Assembly: GCA_964016885.1 (NCBI GenBank)
Contig: OZ024742.1
Location: forward strand, 315,518,001-315,582,000
Source of the DNA: Eledone cirrhosa
Lineage: Eukaryota
Length of the DNA stretch: 64,000 nt
Direction of reading: 5' to 3'
Positions 37,295-49,813 of this stretch are shown in pieces (within the stretch, counting starts at the first letter, position 1; the number at the start of each line of letters is the position of its first letter). Position numbers and translations under genes: made by a program. Below the pieces are notes generated by a model, which saw only the letters and a list, made by a program, of their open reading frames with translations, ran no database searches and was not told the DNA's origin.

Positions 37295-38010
37295 TTTAGC
37301 CCCAGTTCAGCCATCATTGAACAGACCTATGGATTAAAAATATTCCAGCTATGACCATTCCATCAATTTTCTCAGACATAACTTAAGACAAAAACAAAGT
37401 GTGTGTGTGTGCTTTGTTATTGTTGATGATGATAATGATGTTTAGCCCTAGGTCAGCCCTGATTGAACAGACCTATGATTAAAAATATTCCAGCTATGAC
37501 CATTCCATCAATTTTCTCAAGCATATCTTAAGACAAAAACAAAGTGTGTGTATGTGTGTGTGTGTTGTTGTTGATAATGATGATGATGATGTTTAGCCCT
37601 AGGTCAGCCCTGATTGAACAGACCTATGATTAAAAATATTCCAGCTATGACCATTCCATCAATTTTCTCAGACATAACTTAGCCCTTTAGCATTTAAACC
37701 AGCCATATCCGACCAGAATTCTCTCACCTCTTTCTGTTCTCAACCGGTCATAACCGGCCACTCATACTGGTGTTAAGGTATTGTTCTCAAAATAAATAAT
37801 ATCAAAATCTCATAGATTCTATATTATGTGAGATAATTATGTGAGGTAAGCCCTTTTCTGTGAAAATATAACAGTAAATATAGAGTAATGTGAATGCTAA
37901 AGGATTAAGGCAAAAACAGAGTGTGTATGTGTGTTGTTGTTGTTTAATCCTAGGTTAGCCCTGATTTACCAGACTATGATCAAAGGTATTCCAGCCATAC
38001 CCATCTTGCC
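37295..38010. repeat. ~145-bp tandem repeat, 3 full units plus a diverged fourth
   Basis: tttagccc...gattgaacagacctatgattaaaaatattccagctatgaccattcc recurs at about 37295, 37442, 37592 and 37943. Confidence 0.85.
37683..37904 (+). mobile_element. piggyBac-type MITE, family A, inserted in a tandem unit
   Basis: Interrupts cataacTTAAgacaaaaac, which is uninterrupted in the first unit of the repeat. Confidence 0.9.
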
Positions 38011-38093
38011 ATCTATATTCAGGCATGATGCAGGACACAACAAGCATTTTAACCCTATGACTCTTGTTTTACAATATTAAACTGTCTATTTAA

Positions 38094-38307
38094 CCCTTTA
38101 ATGTTCAAACCAGCCAAAACCGGCCAGAGTTCTCTACCTTTTTCTGTTGAAACTGGCTGTAACTGATCAAACTGATGTTAAGGTATTGTTCTCAAAATAA
38201 ATACTTTCAAAATCTCAGATTTGATATTATGTGAGATAATTAAGTGAGATAAAGCATTTACCATGAAAATATAATAGTATATATAGAGTAATGTGAATGC
38301 TAAAGGG
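38094..38307 (+). mobile_element. piggyBac-type MITE, family A, nested in a second TTAA-bounded element (about 38053-38474)
   Basis: TTAA on both sides; the outer element runs ttaa|ccctatga ... caaaagag|ttaa. Confidence 0.8.
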
Positions 38308-38574
38308 TTAAAAATGTTTATATGAAAATCTTCCATCATAATTTTATGTAATAACATTTGTTAAATTATGTTCTAAACAACATCTTAATAATAATAATAA
38401 AGTTATTTTACTGAATCCCTCCAAATATTTGATTATTTTCAAATGTTTCATATAAGAAATATGGTAACAAAAGAGTTAAGGCCACTTTTCCTGCTAAAGC
38501 AAGTGTTAAACTTGTGTATCCCATGACAGATTTCATACTTATCAATGAGGTCTTTGGAGGGGGGTGGGGGGCAA

Positions 38575-39270
38575 AGACTGGTGCCAGGTAGCTAAGAGAG
38601 AAGCTAGACGACAGGTATAGATGGCTCAGGAAAGAGGCTGAAGAAAGAAAGTTTGCCAATGTCCTGAGACATGTGGAACAGAGACACAAAGTGTTCCGCA
38701 TTGCAAGGCACTGTGTCAGTGTGAATCATGATGTTGTTGGGGGAAAATATGTTAGAAATGACGCTGGTGCACTTAGCATCACTGATGCCCAAAAGCCTGG
38801 AAATGTTACTATGAGAGATTGATGTATGTTGAGAATGAATGGGAGAAAGAGAAACCACTCCCAATTTACCCAACAGAAGGACCAGCTATTGAATTTGGCA
38901 GTAATAGGGTCAAAGAAGCAATCAAAGATTTGAAGAATGGTAAATTTGCAAGACCGTCAGAGATAGTTGCTGAAATGCTAAAAACATTGGCAGAAGTAGG
39001 ATTTGAACTAATAATCTGCATAGTCAATCAGGTAATACAGTATGGTGTCATACCCAATGAGTGGTGCAGCAGTACAATCATAAATTGCTACAAAGGCAAA
39101 AGTGATGCTCTAGAAAGGAGCAACTACAGAGGAATAAAACTAATGGACCAAGTTATGAAAGTGACAGGAAGAGTTATAGCACAACTGATTAGAGAAAGAG
39201 TCAAAATAGATGAGATGCAGTATGGTTTCATGCCTGGGAAAAGTACTACAGATGCCCACTTCCTACTTCT
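38575..39270 (+). pseudogene. Frameshifted RTE LINE RT fragment, same family as copies 1 and 2
   Basis: EGPAIEF...IVAEMLK...NCYKGKSDALERSNYRGIKLMDQVMKV...QYGFMPGKSTTDA. Confidence 0.9.
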
Positions 39271-39384
39271 AACTACTCAATCATAGGCTGCTACCCCTTC
39301 CTCCAGATACACAAAGTAATATATATATATATATACATGGATATATTTATTTAAGTATATGCATATTTTTAAATACACATAAAT

Positions 39385-39773
39385 CGCTCAGTCTACCCTG
39401 TAAGGTGGTTATGTTGGTGACATGACAAAAAGCACCCAGTCCACTCTGTAAGATGGTCGTGTTGCTGAGATGACAAAAAGCACCCAGTCCAGCCTGTAAG
39501 GTGGTCGTGCTGGTGACATGATGAAAAAGTACATAGTTCAGCCTGTCCATTGATCATTTTGATGCTAAAACAAAAAGCACCTAGTCCACACTGTAAATGT
39601 GGTTATTAGTGTTAGGAAGGGCATCCAGTCATAGAAACCAAACCAGAAACAGTTTCTGTATGAGCAAGACACGATCACCTGATCTGACTTGTTTCACAAT
39701 GGATCAACTCATTTAACCCTTGCAAGCGGACATTTAACCTATGGACATTAAAAGATGATGATGATGATGATGA
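39385..39773 (+). mobile_element. RTE LINE 3'UTR fragment
   Basis: Four to five aaaaagcacccagtcca units, ttaggaagggcatccag, (gat)n tail. Confidence 0.8.
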
Positions 39774-40436
39774 CATATTCATTGACACACTAAACAACTG
39801 AAACATGTATAAAGTGACCGATAGATTACAGCTTGTCTCAACAATATGTTTCACATAATAAACAAGACTGCAGCTGTTACAGTCAGAGAGAATCTTTATG
39901 CTTTAATAACCTTCATGTTGGACCCTGATCAAAGCTGTAAAAACAGATTAGTGTTACTTGAATTCAAATCTACTCTTGCTTTCATGTAGATTTGAAATGG
40001 TGGCTTTTAGTTGGGACAGGAAGAGCAGCTGTTATTACCAGTATATGATGGATCCTCCATCGGGTTTGATGATGAGCATTCAATTGTTTGCCCAACAAAA
40101 TTTCTAATCACCCACCATTTTCTGTTCAGTAGGTCATCATCCACCCAACAGTTGAAATTGTCCACTGGTGGGCAATATTGTCCAGATTGGGAAATCCTGT
40201 ACTATTGGCACAAGGCCAGCAATTTGGGGGAAGGAGAAAATAGATTATATTGACCCAATGCATTACTCATACTTTATTTTAATGACCCTGTAAGGATGAA
40301 TGATAAAGCTAACCTCTACAGGATTTGAATTCAGAACATAAAAGGCTGTAACTAAATGATTCAAAGCACTTTGTCTACGTCATCTAAAACTGAACATAGT
40401 TCTGTAAAAATACAAGTTATAGCTTTGTTTGATTAA

Positions 40437-40822
40437 CTCTTTAACATTTACATTAGCTGTATCCGGCCAGAATTCTCTCACTTCTTTCTGTTCAAACCGG
40501 CCGTAACGGGTCGCTTATACTGGTGTTAAGGCAAAGATTCTCAAAGTGGGCACTACCGCCACCTTGGGAGCGTTGAGAAGGTCCAGGGGGCGCTGGCATG
40601 TAGGCAGGTCTCTCTGGAAATAGGGTCGGGGGTGCTGACGGTATTACATGACCATGGGGGGGGGGGGCAAAAAGATTGAGAACCTCTGTGTTAAGGTATT
40701 GTTCTCAAAATAAATAACATTAAAATCTCGTAGATTCAATATTATGTAAGATAATCATGTGGAATAAAGTGTTTACTGTGAAAATACAATAGTATATATA
40801 GAGTAATGTAAATGCTAAAGGG
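40437..40822 (+). mobile_element. piggyBac-type MITE, family A, carrying a nested hAT MITE
   Basis: TTAA on both sides; body split at tgttaagg. Confidence 0.85.
40532..40688. mobile_element. hAT (Buster/Charlie-type) MITE
   Basis: Perfect 8-bp TSD tgttaagg (40524-40531, 40689-40696); TIR caaagattctcaa / ttgagaacctctg. Confidence 0.88.
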
Positions 40823-41378
40823 TTAAACCAATGAAGTTGAGGTAGAGTTGTTGGGGGGAGTCGACCTAACAGTGACAATGAATTTTGGCGTTTTACACAA
40901 TCCATTGCATGAACATGGAGGTTTCTGCAAAGGCAAAAATCTTCAAATACTTACAGCTTGCACAAGTCTGTTGCTCTCAATAGCTAAGTCTCATGGCTAT
41001 ATAGAAGGTTGGTGCAAACAAACACTCAATAGATGCACCTGATTGTTGTTGACATCATAATGTGAAAGTGGGTGAATAACTAATGCAATAAGGATTAAAT
41101 TGTTAAACAAGATTAGATAATCCTGTCTATGATAAATGAACGAAGAAATGATAATATTTATAGGGCTTTACAAGTACTTTCAGTCAGAGAAAGGCAGTAA
41201 TGGTATTGTGAAACAGGAAATTACTATAGTTAAACTTGTATCAGACAATGGTGACTAATGTAAATATTTTATTAGATGAAGAACTAGATGCCATGTTGTG
41301 TTTGGAGTGGCATTTGGATTAACTTTTTCATCACCATATTTCTAATAAAAGACAGCACCTACGATTTTTAAATTAAGG

Positions 41379-41669
41379 CAGAGGTTCTCAAACTTCTTTC
41401 CCCCCCCCCCATCCCCCCAACCCCTCATGACTACACAAGGCCCTCAGCAACACCCACTCCTATTTCTAGAGAGACCTGTCTACTTGCAACTTGTAAATAA
41501 TATATAATGAAATCGTTAATTTATATATAATATGTATCATTTGCTATTTAATATACTATTTATCATCTATACTGCCACCACCCCCACACCGTCCCCTTGC
41601 CCCAACACCACCTGGACCTTCTCAACCCTCGGGTGGGGGGGGGGATAGCGCCCACTTTGAGAACCTCTG
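41379..41669. mobile_element. hAT MITE related to 40532-40688
   Basis: Perfect 14-bp TIR cagaggttctcaaa / tttgagaacctctg; TSD not preserved. Confidence 0.75.
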
Positions 41670-43189
41670 ATGAAAATCACCAACACTAATAAAGTTGTCA
41701 TGTCTTTGACATAGCTGAAGAGGACTTACAAACACAAATTAGAATGAGATGGACGTCCAATGTGAGCTCTAGTTGTTCAATGAGCAATGTATTCATGAAA
41801 TTAAGAAACCAAACTAGTAACTGAGTATTCCACAGACACGTGTACCTTTAAGGTAATTCTCAGTATGACAGTTTGGCACTGGCTGGTCTTTTGAAATAGA
41901 GGTACAGTTCATCCGACAAACTTCCAAACAGTTCCTGTCAGCCCAATTTCTCAGAAAGCTTGAGTCAACCCGGGTCTAAGGTAAATAACACTTGACCAAG
42001 ATACCATAGGCTGGGATGAAACCTGCTACCTTATGATTGTGAACACTTTGAGAAGTGAACTTCTTAAATGATTCAATCATACTGCACTAATTATAGGCAC
42101 GTATGGAACACATAATGAGGGAGTCCCTGTGTGATCATTCAGCATTCTAGAAATAGCAGCCCAATCTCCCTGAAACTGCACCATGCTATTTTTTAAAAAA
42201 AAGGTATATAGGATAATGTATCCTGGATACACATTAACTGGAAAAACGGAATAGTCACGGTTGGGACACCTTTGACCAAAAGGTTGCTCGTTCATGGCTG
42301 ACCTTGGGTTAAACAACAGACATGTACAATATGACCCACATATGAATTTTATAAATACCTAAGAAAGTTACCATTTTTTCTATCACATTACTCTCTTATT
42401 CCTCCCACCTTTGCTCACGTCTTAAACAAACCCATCCTCTCTCTTTCACTCTTGTTGGAGGCAATAAATAGAGAAACACTATAATCCATTCACTCAAATG
42501 CTCCCACTCAAATATGGCACATTCCATTCATGTTCTCACATTTATAGATACAGACAGCAACATTTCTATGTGGGGTGTGTACTTACTCACACACATGAAC
42601 ACAAACATTCTGTATGTCTGTCTTTCATTTCAGTTCCTTCCCTTCCCAAATACTCCCACGCCAACTCCCCCAACCACCCTGTCTCACTTATATATAACTC
42701 TCTGTCTGCCCTAAATCCTTAATTTTACATAGTTGGTATTCCCTACTCTCGCCGACGGGACCTTCTTCAACAAACCATGATCAATGTCACTACTAACACC
42801 AGCATCTCTACAACTTCTATACTAATAAACTCTTCCTTACCACCACCTTAATTATGATACCCGTAGACATAGACAGCAGCATAAGCAATCAGGGAGTTTC
42901 AAATATTGCCTTGCTTAAAATAGCAGCCACTACTTCAATAAATGGGGAATCAGATGTTTTAAAATGTTAATCTTAGGACAAAGTAACTCATAAGGAAGGC
43001 CAAACTAGAAGTGTAATCCGGATTTCTCACAGTCACAAATTCTGAGAGGAGGAGTATAATGGATTGTATCGATTCTCAGTACTTGATTGGTATTTATTTA
43101 ATCGACTGTCGACTCTCACTCTTATAGTTGTTTATAGTCTCTTAGTCATTTACATGTTTCTTCTCCCTAATAAACACTTCATGTGTGTC

Positions 43190-43231
<42 letters not shown>

Positions 43232-43321
43232 TTCCCAAGTTGTGTGGGGGGAATAACCCCAGTTAAAAATGGTATTCAATATATTGATAGCGTGTACGCA
43301 TTTTTTTTTTTTTATATATAG

Positions 43322-43372
43322 AAATGACTTCTACAGTGCTAGAACTGTTTCGTTCGTATGAAATCATCAGGA
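43322..43372 (-). ncRNA. Hammerhead-like motif with disrupted stem I
   Basis: Minus strand CTGATGA-tttc atac gaac-GAAA-cag ttctagca ctg-TA-gaag; a related copy with a mutated core but intact stem I lies at 47076-47133. Confidence 0.45.
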
Positions 43373-44779
43373 CATTCCTGATGATTTCATCGTATGCTCT
43401 GTCTCTGTTTCTTAAGTTATCATTCTCTTGCTCTCTATAAATATGCACTCCCTATATGTCCGTCTCGCTTGAAAGACGACACATAAACCTGACTGAACTT
43501 AAAATTGAAATGTAAAAAAAAAAAAAAAAAGAACAATTTATTCAATAGACCTCCGGAGACGAAAAGAACCCATTCAACTTTCAGTGAGTAAGCTAGCAGA
43601 CTATATAAAGATGTCATTTTTCATGTATATTTTTAGTCTTTTCGTCTCACTATATCACTTCCCCTCTTTGTTTCACGTACACGCAATCACTATATCGTTT
43701 GCGTGTATTCGCTTAATAATGCACGCCCATTATTCGTCCGCCCATTTCTACACCCACATATATACACACAAATTAAGACACGTTTCTTTTCCATAGAATA
43801 AACACAGACATGACTGTGCAAATACGAAGTTTACTTCATAGCTTCGCGGCTCCGTGTTCGATCCCATTGTGCAGATTGATCATTAAGCTTGTGAGTAGAA
43901 TTTAATAAAGGGAAACTGTACAAAAGGCCGTCGTTATATATATATATAATGTGTGTGTGTGTGAGTTAGTGTGTTCATGTTTACGTTCTTATTGACAGTT
44001 CGACAAATACAGATCAATAGAATAAAATACTGCGGGTAGGGTAGATAAAACGATAGCCCAGCATAACCACGGCCACGTGATTGAGAATAAAATATACGGA
44101 TTTTTCGTAAAATTTTAATATCTTTCACATTTCACAAAAGATTATCCACTCGTATTCTTTTATTAGTGTTTTCTTTTCCTTTAATTTTTTTACATTCCAT
44201 TATAACCGAATACGACTATTTCAGAAATAGATTAGCACATACATGTACAGCACCTTATATTACAACACGTAAGCACTAACTAAACTCACACACACATTGC
44301 CACGCGTACTAGCCAATTTTACATTTGCCACATGGCATCTTTCAAAGAAACATCGTTCATTCAATTGCATATGCATAATAATAATCACTCCCAGTTATTT
44401 CCCTTTGTTTATAATTAGCACCGTTTACTTGAGTATTTTTTATTTGTTATAAAGCGTTAGTTTATATATTTCAGGTTCGAGAATCGGCTGAAAAATATAT
44501 AGGCTGGATATGAAGGAGTGACGGCAGAGCTGCGAAGTCTTGCATGCATTAATTTCAACTCTTCTTATACGATTAACAAAATAAATTTTTAAGGAAAAAC
44601 AAACGAATACATCTACGTATGCATGTATGTAAAAAGGTCGACGTAATTTTTCATGGCAACAATAAGACAGATAAATACTCTATAATAGATGAATCACTAC
44701 CTCCTTACGGATAACTGATGATGTACACCAGGTCCGAACTCCCACTGTTATCGCCTCCACCTCTCTCTCTATTATGAGC

Positions 44780-45480
44780 AAATGGGGTCCCACGTGCTGG
44801 CCGCCCCACGGTCCCGGTGGACAGAATGGAGAAGGCGTTTCTCCGGAGGATGGTAAGGGAGATGCGCTGGAGGAGACATTCCATCTCGTGAAGCTCACAC
44901 CTGTGGCTAGCCAGCTCAGTGTCAGTGGTGGTAAGAGGGAGGTAGCTCTAGGGCCAAAGACACCAGAAGTCTCCACTGCTAGGGGTTCGACTGCAAACCT
45001 GTCGGAGAGCGACCGATACTTGGAGAGTTTACCCTCCTCAGCCTGAAGTGCAGCAGAACCTGGGTTAGTCACAGACTGCACCAGGTTGCCGCTGGAGAAC
45101 GTGTCACTGCAAGTGGCATCCCAGACTGCACCAGGTTGCCGCTGGAGAATGTGTCACTGCAAGTGGCATCCCAGACGAGACAATGTAAGGCGGTGTTGGT
45201 CGAGCTGGTGCGCTAGCCTGTCTGAGGTCAGGTTGCACTGGATGGCATCCCAAATTCTTGACGTCAGCAGGGGGAGAAGGAGAAGGGACGTCTACTGAGC
45301 TAAGTCCAAGCCGGTTCCACGCCTTGCAGGCAACCTCACATTCCTCGATCACAGTGGGTTCCATTGTGTTTAGGAGGACCTTGTTGATGAGGACGCGGCA
45401 TGGAGTTTAGTTGCAACTGCACAGAATGTGGCGAGCGAACAAAGGAACCTCAATGTGATCGCTTAATGTGCTGGAAAGAA
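44780..45480 (-). pseudogene. C-terminal fragment of a CRE-like non-LTR retrotransposon (restriction-like endonuclease region)
   Basis: Minus-strand LVWDATCSDTF...AEEGKLSKY...FAVEPLAVETSGVFGPRA and, after a frameshift, LQRISLTILRRNAFSILS; internal 50-bp tandem duplication at 45073-45175. Confidence 0.75.
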
Positions 45481-45582
45481 CAGTCAGTTTTCTTCCAAAT
45501 AATCTCTTGGTCGTTTTAATACAGAAATGACACATCACATTAAATACTCGAATTCTAGATTATATATTCTCTAAACATTAAT

Positions 45583-45769
45583 TGTTTCTACTTTTTGGCA
45601 CAAGGCCAGCAATTACCTAGTACATAACTGGTACTTTACTTTATCGACCCCGTAAGGATGAAAGGCAAAGTTAACCTCGGCGGGATTTGAACTCAGATCA
45701 TAAAGGGACATAACTATGCTAGAAAGCATGGCGTCTGACCCTCTACCGATACTGCCAATCCACCACCAT
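45583..45769 (-). mobile_element. tRNA-related SINE group B with 18-bp TSD
   Basis: tattctctaaacattaat at 45565-45582 and 45770-45787. Confidence 0.9.
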
Positions 45770-46464
45770 TATTCTCTAAACATTAATGGGGCTGGTCAAG
45801 AGTAGATTTGGGGTTTTAAAAAATATCATTATTCTTATTATTATTTCACAAACTATGTAACTCAGGCAGAACAAATATCACACAACGCATTTTCTTTTCA
45901 CCCTCCCCTCGAAATCACTAGATTGTTGGTTTCACACCGCTGCGCATCAGTGAGAGATGTATGTCCGTGTGTGTGCGCGTGCGTCGGGCCACTTGTTAGT
46001 GCTACTGGTAACATGTAATTCAGTACAACCTGTTACATAGCCAGGTCGTCAGCGGCTAAACCGGCTCTACCACCATGGTAGTCTGATGAGAAGGGTAGCA
46101 AGAAATCCAGTGGAATAAAAGCAACACCTGTCTCGCATAGACGAATGAGAACAACGGCTTTCTTACAATGGACACAGAAATATTCGACATAGTGAATGAG
46201 TGCGCTCTCACACTAGTGTTGGGATCGACATATCTGGGTGAGGGGAAATCTCTGAATTCAAACCCCGGCTGTCCTAGTAAGATTGGGAAGGACTAGGAGA
46301 TGGAATACACTTGGCAGTCGTCCCATATTTTTGTGTCATGGGAAACTCCATACCTAACTAAACAAGTGAATTACGTTCATCCTGATCAAATCAATATTTG
46401 TCCGTTTATATATATGTGTGTATGTGAGTTAAATATGTATACACGTTACGTATATTTGACGGTG

Positions 46465-46630
46465 GGAAGGCAACATAGTCTAATGGCTAAGAAGTTCGTT
46501 TTGCAATCATTAAATCCCGAGTTCGACACCACTGCACGGCATATTGGGCAAGTGCTAATTATCAAAGCTATGGGTTGACCCCAAACCTAGTGAGAGAAAT
46601 TGGTTAAAGGGAAACTGTATGGAGCACGTC
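46465..46630 (+). mobile_element. Diverged tRNA-derived SINE
   Basis: A-box-like tagtctaatgg, B-box-like gagttcgacacc, then CORE-like ttgggcaagtg. Confidence 0.6.
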
Positions 46631-47027
46631 AGATTATTGTACCTATTATTCAAAAGGCAAATCTGTGTTGGGCTGAATCTTGAGAATTAGGTTAAGGAAA
46701 CGCGTATCTGAAATATTCAGTTACCTGCGTACGTATATTGCATGAGTAGGTTATTTCATTGATTGAACACGAACAGTCATCGTCGAAACCGACGGAAGTC
46801 CATATTCAATCGGTATTCTTGTATTTAGACCAAACCCTTTACATAGTAGTTAGTAAGTTCTTTTAATAAATCAAAATATCTTGCTGATCTGTTCAAACAT
46901 GCCTAGAGGGTCTTGCTTATCTTATGATTAATAAATATTACTGTTACTGTACATATAACAACCATATTTAGCCTTTAGAAAACTTCGGCAGTGATCCAAA
47001 TAACCCACACATAAGTAGTATTATGTA

Positions 47028-47062
<35 letters not shown>

Positions 47063-48224
47063 TGTTTTAATATAGATGAGATTCTACAGGACTAGAACTG
47101 TTTAATTCTTTAGAAATCATCTGGAATCTGCATATATATATATATACACACACACACGTGAGAATGAGTACCCAATACCGGGTAGAGTTTAAATATTCTT
47201 TATTATGGCTAAGTGGTGAGTCCTGTCTAATGTTCCTGTGAGTACACAGGTGAAACTCCAGAGTAACAAGATTCACCATTGATAAAGAATATATATGTAA
47301 GAGAGAGAGAGGTAAGGGAAAAAAGTTTGTTTATAAAGTTGAATATACACGCACGCTCACACTTTAACAGATACACACAAGACGACGGATAAGCAGAGCT
47401 GTCGGATAGTCAGCTTAGTGGTATTCGTTCCGGCTCTTTGCGCTCAAATCCCGCCGAGATCATCTTTGTCTTTCATAATTTCGAAGTCGATAAAAAAAAA
47501 ACTACCAGTTCAGTGTTGGAGGTCGAGTCTACCTCTATATCTCTTTTACACTTCCCCGCCCTAACCCTCTCTCAATCTCTGGAAGAAATCGGCTGTGTTC
47601 AAACCTAGGGAAAGGATAGTATCCGCCCAAGACACGCTGCATGTCACTAGACGGCCTTTACGACACCATCGGGAGTTGGTGGCATATACATAGAGAGTGA
47701 GGTACCTGTCCTTTTACTAGTTTTACTGTGGTCAAGCTGGAGTTGTGCCCGACAACAGCACCTTCTTTTAAATTCTGGTACTTCAGTAATATCTTTTTTG
47801 TCGACCTGCGAAGGTACAAGACATAAACAAACAACACCGTTTTCTTAGTGGTGTCGACGTTCAGACACAAGTTTCAGTGACAAAAGTAAAAATATATATA
47901 TATAACTACCCAGGGAATATTCAACTGGTAAGGTATGGTTTTCCTTGGCTATGTCAAAATTTATAAAACACTCATTGTATTTTATCTGAAAGCGTACCAA
48001 AGTTTTTTGGTACCCTTGAAATATATATAATAGAATAAATATAGTTTCCATTTATTTAATATCATTATATATATATAATTTGAATATTTTTACTTAATTC
48101 ATGATAGGATGACCGGAAATGAAAATAATGAAACAAAAAATTCTCAATAGAGACAGAACATAAAAGAATCGAATTCCTATTGTCACTGCCTCCGTCTTTC
48201 TGGCTCTCCCCATTTCTCACTATA

Positions 48225-48430
48225 TTAAGCAAATGGGGGCCCACGCACTGGCCGCCCCGTGGCTCCGGCGGACATAAAAGAGAAGGCGTTTCACGGGAGG
48301 ATGGTGAGGGAGACGCATTCTAAAAGCTATTCCAACTCGCAAGGCTCACACCTGCGGGTAGCCAACTCCGTGCCGATGGTGGTGATCCTAGGGCCAAGAA
48401 CACCAGAAGTCTCCACTGCTACGGGCTCGT
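48225..48430 (-). mobile_element. Second CRE-like 3' fragment
   Basis: Aligns with 44778-44990 (agcaaatgggg...ggccgcccc...caccagaagtctccactgcta). Confidence 0.8.
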
Positions 48431-48505
48431 ATTAGACTACCGCCTTAAAGGGATTTAGTCGACACATACATACATAATATTCTTCTTTATTACAAAAGAA
48501 AATTA

Positions 48506-49285
48506 GGCGATATCCAATTTTAGCTGTCTAAATGCCGCTTACTTGCTGCAGTTGCTGCTTACTTCAATGTATGAGGCTATTCCAACAAATTTACATTCCC
48601 CCTTTTTTTAGCCGTTAAAAGAAATATAGATTTTTTTTTTTTTTTTTTTCGGATTTATTTGCCACTGGGGCATAGATTTCTTTATTTGCCCCTTTTTTGT
48701 TTGTTTGTTTTTTTGGCGATTTATTAGCCTTTTGGGGTCACACACACACCCGTAGAAAGTGTGCGACCTTTCTGCCAGGGAGTACAGAGAGAGGGGGGGG
48801 TGCTCCCTTCTTCTCTTACCTGTACAAGCCGATATAGAGAGATGGCCCACTTACACGGGCCATTATTGCTACTTTCACCCAAAAAAGGCACTCAGTCCCA
48901 GCCAATTCCATGAAAGATGGGTAAAAGTAGCAATAATGGCCCGTGTTAGTGGGCCATCTCTCTATATCGGCTTGTACAGGTAAGAGAAGTGAGCACCCCC
49001 CTCTCTCTGTGCTCCCTGGCAGAAAGGTCGCACACTTTCTACGGGGGCGTGTGTGACCCCAAAAGTCTAATAAATCGCAAAAAAACAAACAAAAAAGGGG
49101 CAAATAAAGAAATCTATGCCCCAGTGGCAAATAAATCGCAAAAAAATAAAAATAAATAAATCTATATTTCTTTTAACGGCTAAAAAAAGGGGGAATGTAA
49201 ATTTGTTGGAATAGCCTCATACATTGAAGTAAGCAGCAACTGCAGCAAGTAAGCGGCATTTAGACAGCTAAAATTGGATATCGCC
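48506..49285. mobile_element. Merlin-type non-autonomous foldback element (780 bp)
   Basis: Termini GGCGATATCC...GGATATCGCC, ~370-bp inverted arms around a ~37-bp spacer, perfect 8-bp TSD gaaaatta. Confidence 0.85.
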
Positions 49286-49462
49286 GAAAATTAAAATGAT
49301 ATGCACCAATATGAAGTGTAATATTTCATTTGGAGAACGATGAAAGTTAAAAGAAGAAATTCGGTAATAACCAACATTATTGACTCGGCTATAAAATGAA
49401 ACTAAATTATTTTAGTAAATTGTGAACATATTTATTTAATTGGGCAATTTTCGTTTGATCGC

Positions 49463-49813
49463 ATGTACCCCACTGCCTCGCCTTATTTAAAGTTTATCTA
49501 TTCACGGGCGGCAATTGATTGCAAACAAACTGTTGCTATGGATGGAGCAGTCGCCGTTGGTATTGAAGCAACAATTAACGGGTATGACTATTTCAGAGAT
49601 ATATATGCTATCGACAATCATATACAGATTATAGCAAATGGTATAGTGCTGGAGATCGACGAATACAAATTCATACATCGTAAGGGCCAGTGTGGTCTTT
49701 ATCGAAAGGTCCATTGGATACAAGTCTGAACGAAGATTTTCCATTAGCATGTGTTGCCAGACAGCCACATTATAATTGATTACAGGAATGCTTATCAACA
49801 ACTGCCATATTAG
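49463..49813 (+). pseudogene. Degenerate Merlin (IS1016/ISXO2-like) DDE transposase fragment
   Basis: TINGYDYFRDI...QIIANGIVLEIDEYKFIHRK...HWI and, in the same frame after two stops, HVLPDSHIIIDYRNAYQQL; these resemble Merlin blocks (VDWYNFFR, IGGxGxxVEIDESKF, LPGTxIxSDxWRAY). Confidence 0.75.

Noticed and set aside
40956-41038. Minus-strand exon candidate ending at a GTAAGT donor
   Set aside because: The acceptor lacks a pyrimidine tract and all three frames contain stops.
46040-46320. Possible ribozyme in a LINE 5'UTR-like segment (ctgatgag at 46083; ggggaaatctctgaattcaaacc)
   Set aside because: I could not build a convincing hammerhead or HDV-like fold by eye; it needs a covariance-model search.
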